From a virus, in IMG/VR virus record IMGVR_UViG_3300050343_000182: DNA of 64,000 nt; one strand, given 5' to 3'. Shown here in pieces: positions 61,532-64,000 of the stretch; position 1 is the first letter of the stretch, and each line of letters starts with the position of its first letter. Under the pieces are notes generated by a model. It was not told the origin of the DNA. It searched no databases and saw only the letters and a list, made by a program, of their open reading frames with translations. A program made the position numbers and the translations under genes.

Positions 61532-62306
61532 AGTGCCTGTGATCCTTTAATACATTTACATTAGTCACTTGGACATCTGCACAGATGGAAGCATACTGTG
61601 TGCCAGGTGCAAAGCGAATACCTTCCTTCATTAAATTTCCACAATTTTTTAGTCTCGCAATCTCAAAGTCGAGACGCTTGTTAGCAGTTAGTTGATTCAT
61701 CATGTTGATGTTAGCAGCAGCTGCTTCTTTGCATTGTGCTTGTAGTTTCTTATCTAATGGTGTTGACCATGTAGCAGAGAAACCTACGCCAATACTGTAG
61801 TTGTCTTTCTGTCCTGTCCTAGTGGGGACATGGTATAAAATCGAGCCAGGATTATCTAAAGATCCGTCTTCATCTAGATCACGCATATCATATACAGGAT
61901 CTTGATAGTAAGGCTCGTATGGTTTAGATGCAGACGCTGTGCCTGTCACATACGGGGTGAAATTCATAGTGGGTCCTTGACAACTAATACCATTCCCATA
62001 TGTATTAGTAATGTATGGTCCCTGCAAAACCTGAATAGCTTGGTTCGTCACTGAGCCAGAGCTATTCGCGATTGGAGATGCTGTTGCACTGACACCACCA
62101 ACCGTCTCAGCGTTAACTGGTGCTGTTATAAACAGTGCTATTACTGGGTAAAGATACTTGTAGTATCGGTGACGCTTGTCACCTCTGTTACCCTTTGGAT
62201 AATTGTCTGTTGAGTCAACCCTGGTCCGCTCAGAGTTTCCGTGAATTGAAACGCTGCGCCTGGTGTCGTTTGTGTAAACGCTGGTTTGTTGGTCGGCGTT
62301 GTCCAT
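61308..62306 (-). CDS. Secreted hypothetical protein (true start uncertain)
   Basis: Signal-peptide-like KYLYPVIALFITAPVNA then ETVGGVSATASP; Cys pairs; LDFEIARLKNCG. Confidence 0.65.
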   Translation of the reverse strand: MDNADQQTSVYTNDTRRSVSIHGNSERTRVDSTDNYPKGNRGDKRHRYYKYLYPVIALFITAPVNAETVGGVSATASPIANSSGSVTNQAIQVLQGPYITNTYGNGISCQGPTMNFTPYVTGTASASKPYEPYYQDPVYDMRDLDEDGSLDNPGSILYHVPTRTGQKDNYSIGVGFSATWSTPLDKKLQAQCKEAAAANINMMNQLTANKRLDFEIARLKNCGNLMKEGIRFAPGTQYASICADVQVTNVNVLKDHRHSIPSPSVSESRVSESAADLGAPLTTQSEESSPVSQQSSSLPSSQSASPLSELDRQAVLKAVQQSLQRQQSMQSQ

Positions 62307-62587
62307 GAAGAAGTCACTCCATCAATAGTTACATTGTTTGTACCTGTACCAGGATTTAGGTTACCTGAAGCGGTAACTCCTGAGCCAGTCACAGAGTATT
62401 GATACCCTGTGTTATAGTCCATGCTGTTTATGGTTTCTGTTACCTTACTGGTCGTTTCCGTGTGGCTCGTCATTGACCCCTGGGTGAAGTTTGGGACCAC
62501 GGGGACCGCCTGGACAGGAGCAAGTATGACACTTGCACCCACCACAGACATCACAGACCATAAGATCGTCTTTCCAAAATGGGTCAT
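62141..62587 (-). CDS. Secreted Thr-rich hypothetical protein
   Basis: Signal peptide ending PVQA, then VPVVPNFTQGSM. Confidence 0.75.
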   Translation of the reverse strand: MTHFGKTILWSVMSVVGASVILAPVQAVPVVPNFTQGSMTSHTETTSKVTETINSMDYNTGYQYSVTGSGVTASGNLNPGTGTNNVTIDGVTSSWTTPTNKPAFTQTTPGAAFQFTETLSGPGLTQQTIIQRVTEVTSVTDTTSIFTQ

Positions 62588-62598
62588 CCCTAACGCTC

Positions 62599-63096
62599 CT
62601 AGTCAATGACAGTGATCTCAGAGACGAATTGTCCCGTGGCAGATGTGCCAGCTCCACCAGCCGTTACCGTAAGAGCACCGCTACTCAAGACTGTACCTGC
62701 AAGGGTTGATGCCACACCAGCAGTGTATGAAGTCTGAGAGGAGTAGTTGCTTACATCACCTACAGTTGGTGCGCTAGTTGAAATAGCATCACCTTGAGTA
62801 AAGGACTGACTGTAGCTGAATGCATTGCCGTTTGTGTGCTGTGTTGCTGCGATAGTGCCAGGTGCCATAACACCTGAGGTGATCGTGCCTGCTGAGATAG
62901 TGCCAGCAGTCGTGCCATCAGTAGTGTTTATACCACTACCTGAGATCGCGTAAGAGTTTCCAACTCTGGAGACGGTAGACCTTGCTGCATCAACATTCAA
63001 CTGCACACTAGAAGCATGTTTAGTAACGAGTCCACCTGCTTGGGCGGCACCCGCTGTCATCAATAACATAACGATAGGGAGCAGAGATTTTCTCAT
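62599..63096 (-). CDS. Secreted Ser/Thr/Gly-rich hypothetical protein
   Basis: MRKSLLPIVMLLMTAGAAQA signal peptide. Confidence 0.75.
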   Translation of the reverse strand: MRKSLLPIVMLLMTAGAAQAGGLVTKHASSVQLNVDAARSTVSRVGNSYAISGSGINTTDGTTAGTISAGTITSGVMAPGTIAATQHTNGNAFSYSQSFTQGDAISTSAPTVGDVSNYSSQTSYTAGVASTLAGTVLSSGALTVTAGGAGTSATGQFVSEITVID

Positions 63097-63122
63097 TTCC
63101 ATCGGTTATAAAGTGCTAGAGG

Positions 63123-63129
63123 TATTTAG
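63123..63129 (-). promoter_or_regulatory. T4-type late promoter variant on minus strand
   Basis: TATTTAG = CTAAATA on minus, about 25 nt upstream of the minus-strand cassette. Confidence 0.55.
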
Positions 63130-63171
63130 CAAGATGAGTATGTTTACGGTAAACACTACTAGGTATGTTTA

Positions 63172-63178
63172 CTAAATA
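63172..63178 (+). promoter_or_regulatory. T4-type late promoter variant (CTAAATA) for hsp20
   Basis: Followed by a UUCG hairpin and an AAGGAG ribosome-binding site. Confidence 0.55.
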
Positions 63179-63234
63179 TATCGGTTGCCTTCGGGGACCA
63201 CACAATACAATCTCGCTTTATAAGGAGAAGTTAC

Positions 63235-63729
63235 ATGGACCTTACTAGATGGTCATCGAAAGATGTCGATAAAATTTTTGATGCTGCGAACAGATACAGC
63301 ATCGGACTAGATGATATCTTCTATCGATTACATTCATATGGATCGAATCATCCTGGTGGACAATATCCCCCATACAATATCATCAAAGAATCAAATATTA
63401 AATGGCGCATTGAAGTAGCACTTGCTGGATGGGATCCGAAAGATGTTGAGGTAACTACTGAGTCAAATATACTCTTAGTAAAATCTGTTGCATCTAAGAA
63501 TGATATTGAAGATGATGAGTATGTGCATCGTGGATTGTCTTCACGCACCTTCACTAGGGGATTCAACCTGAGTGATGATGTCGAAGTCGGTACAGTCAGG
63601 TTTACAAACGGGTTGCTCGTGGTAGAATTGCAGAGGATTATTCCTGATCATCAGAAACGAAAAGTTTATGACATCGAAAATACTGCACTGGATCAAGGTA
63701 GCAGTGACACACCCAGCGACGCACGCTAA
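63235..63729 (+). CDS. hsp20: Small heat-shock protein Hsp20
   Basis: YPPYNII, IEVALAG, YVHRGLSSR.F.R.F.LS, NGLL.V.L..IIP. Confidence 0.93.
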   Translation: MDLTRWSSKDVDKIFDAANRYSIGLDDIFYRLHSYGSNHPGGQYPPYNIIKESNIKWRIEVALAGWDPKDVEVTTESNILLVKSVASKNDIEDDEYVHRGLSSRTFTRGFNLSDDVEVGTVRFTNGLLVVELQRIIPDHQKRKVYDIENTALDQGSSDTPSDAR

Positions 63730-63883
63730 CCTTATGATGGTGGGCACTCTGATTATGATTGGAGTGCTCCATAACCATGCTCACTTCTCCATGGAGAAGG
63801 ATGCAGATGCATATGTCAGGCAATGGTGTAGGTCTTCAGATCAAAACAAAGCGACTTGCAAAAGTTACAGCACCGATTATTGA
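63668..63883 (+). CDS. Small membrane protein
   Basis: GTLIMIGVLHNHAHFSM..DAD.YVRQWC; overlaps hsp20 3' end by 62 nt. Confidence 0.55.
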   Translation: MTSKILHWIKVAVTHPATHANLMMVGTLIMIGVLHNHAHFSMEKDADAYVRQWCRSSDQNKATCKSYSTDY

Positions 63884-63912
63884 TATATACTGGGGTTAGT
63901 GACTTACGAAAC

Positions 63913-64000
63913 ATGAACGTAACTATTAAGCAGACAGACGGGACCGAAACAACTTTTGAATGTGACGGTGACACATATATTCTTGACGCAGCAGAAGAAG
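63913..64000 (+). CDS. petF: Ferredoxin, 5' part only (runs off window)
   Basis: MNVTIKQTDGTETTFECDGDTYILDAAEE matches the plant-type [2Fe-2S] ferredoxin N-terminus. Confidence 0.8.
   Translation, partial: MNVTIKQTDGTETTFECDGDTYILDAAEE

Noticed and set aside
61308-63102. Curli (CsgA/CsgF/CsgG) identity for the secreted cassette
   Set aside because: No CsgA Q/N repeat pattern, no CsgF F.NPSF.G motif and no lipobox seen.
1-64000. tRNA, rRNA or known structured ncRNA genes
   Set aside because: Intergenic gaps are short and none shows a cloverleaf or T-loop signature by eye; a tRNAscan/Infernal run would be needed to exclude them formally.

Overview
This window is a 64-kb segment of a T4-like marine cyanomyovirus (Kyanoviridae-type, Synechococcus/Prochlorococcus host inferred from petE, talC, petF and cyanophage-style gene order). 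Left to right: baseplate and fibre genes (YHYH/Ig protein, gp9/10-like protein, gp8, a 2435-aa DUF4815 protein, a 2345-aa repeat-rich fibre), neck and tail genes g13-g15, g16, a ~7.6-kb accessory island between g16 and g17, the g17-g23 packaging/tail/head block, g3-uvsY-uvsW-g55-g47-g46, an early-promoter vWA/MoxR pair, the clamp and loader genes with dam, regA and several 2OG-Fe(II) oxygenases, a membrane/secreted-protein cluster, hsp20 and the start of petF. The strongest leads are: (1) a 704-aa protein that looks like a prohead-protease-processed internal-head polyprotein ending in a SAM-lyase (T3 SAMase-like) domain, i.e. a possibly injected anti-restriction enzyme; (2) two tiny ORFs below the ORF-track cut-off that match NdhP and NdhQ, the small subunits of cyanobacterial NDH-1L, beside petE, talC and a degenerate gnd; (3) near-consensus sigma70 promoters pointing antisense into late-transcribed genes; (4) a baseplate-type protein with a complete blue-copper ligand set. 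All family assignments are by motif recognition and recalled reference sequences; no searches were run.
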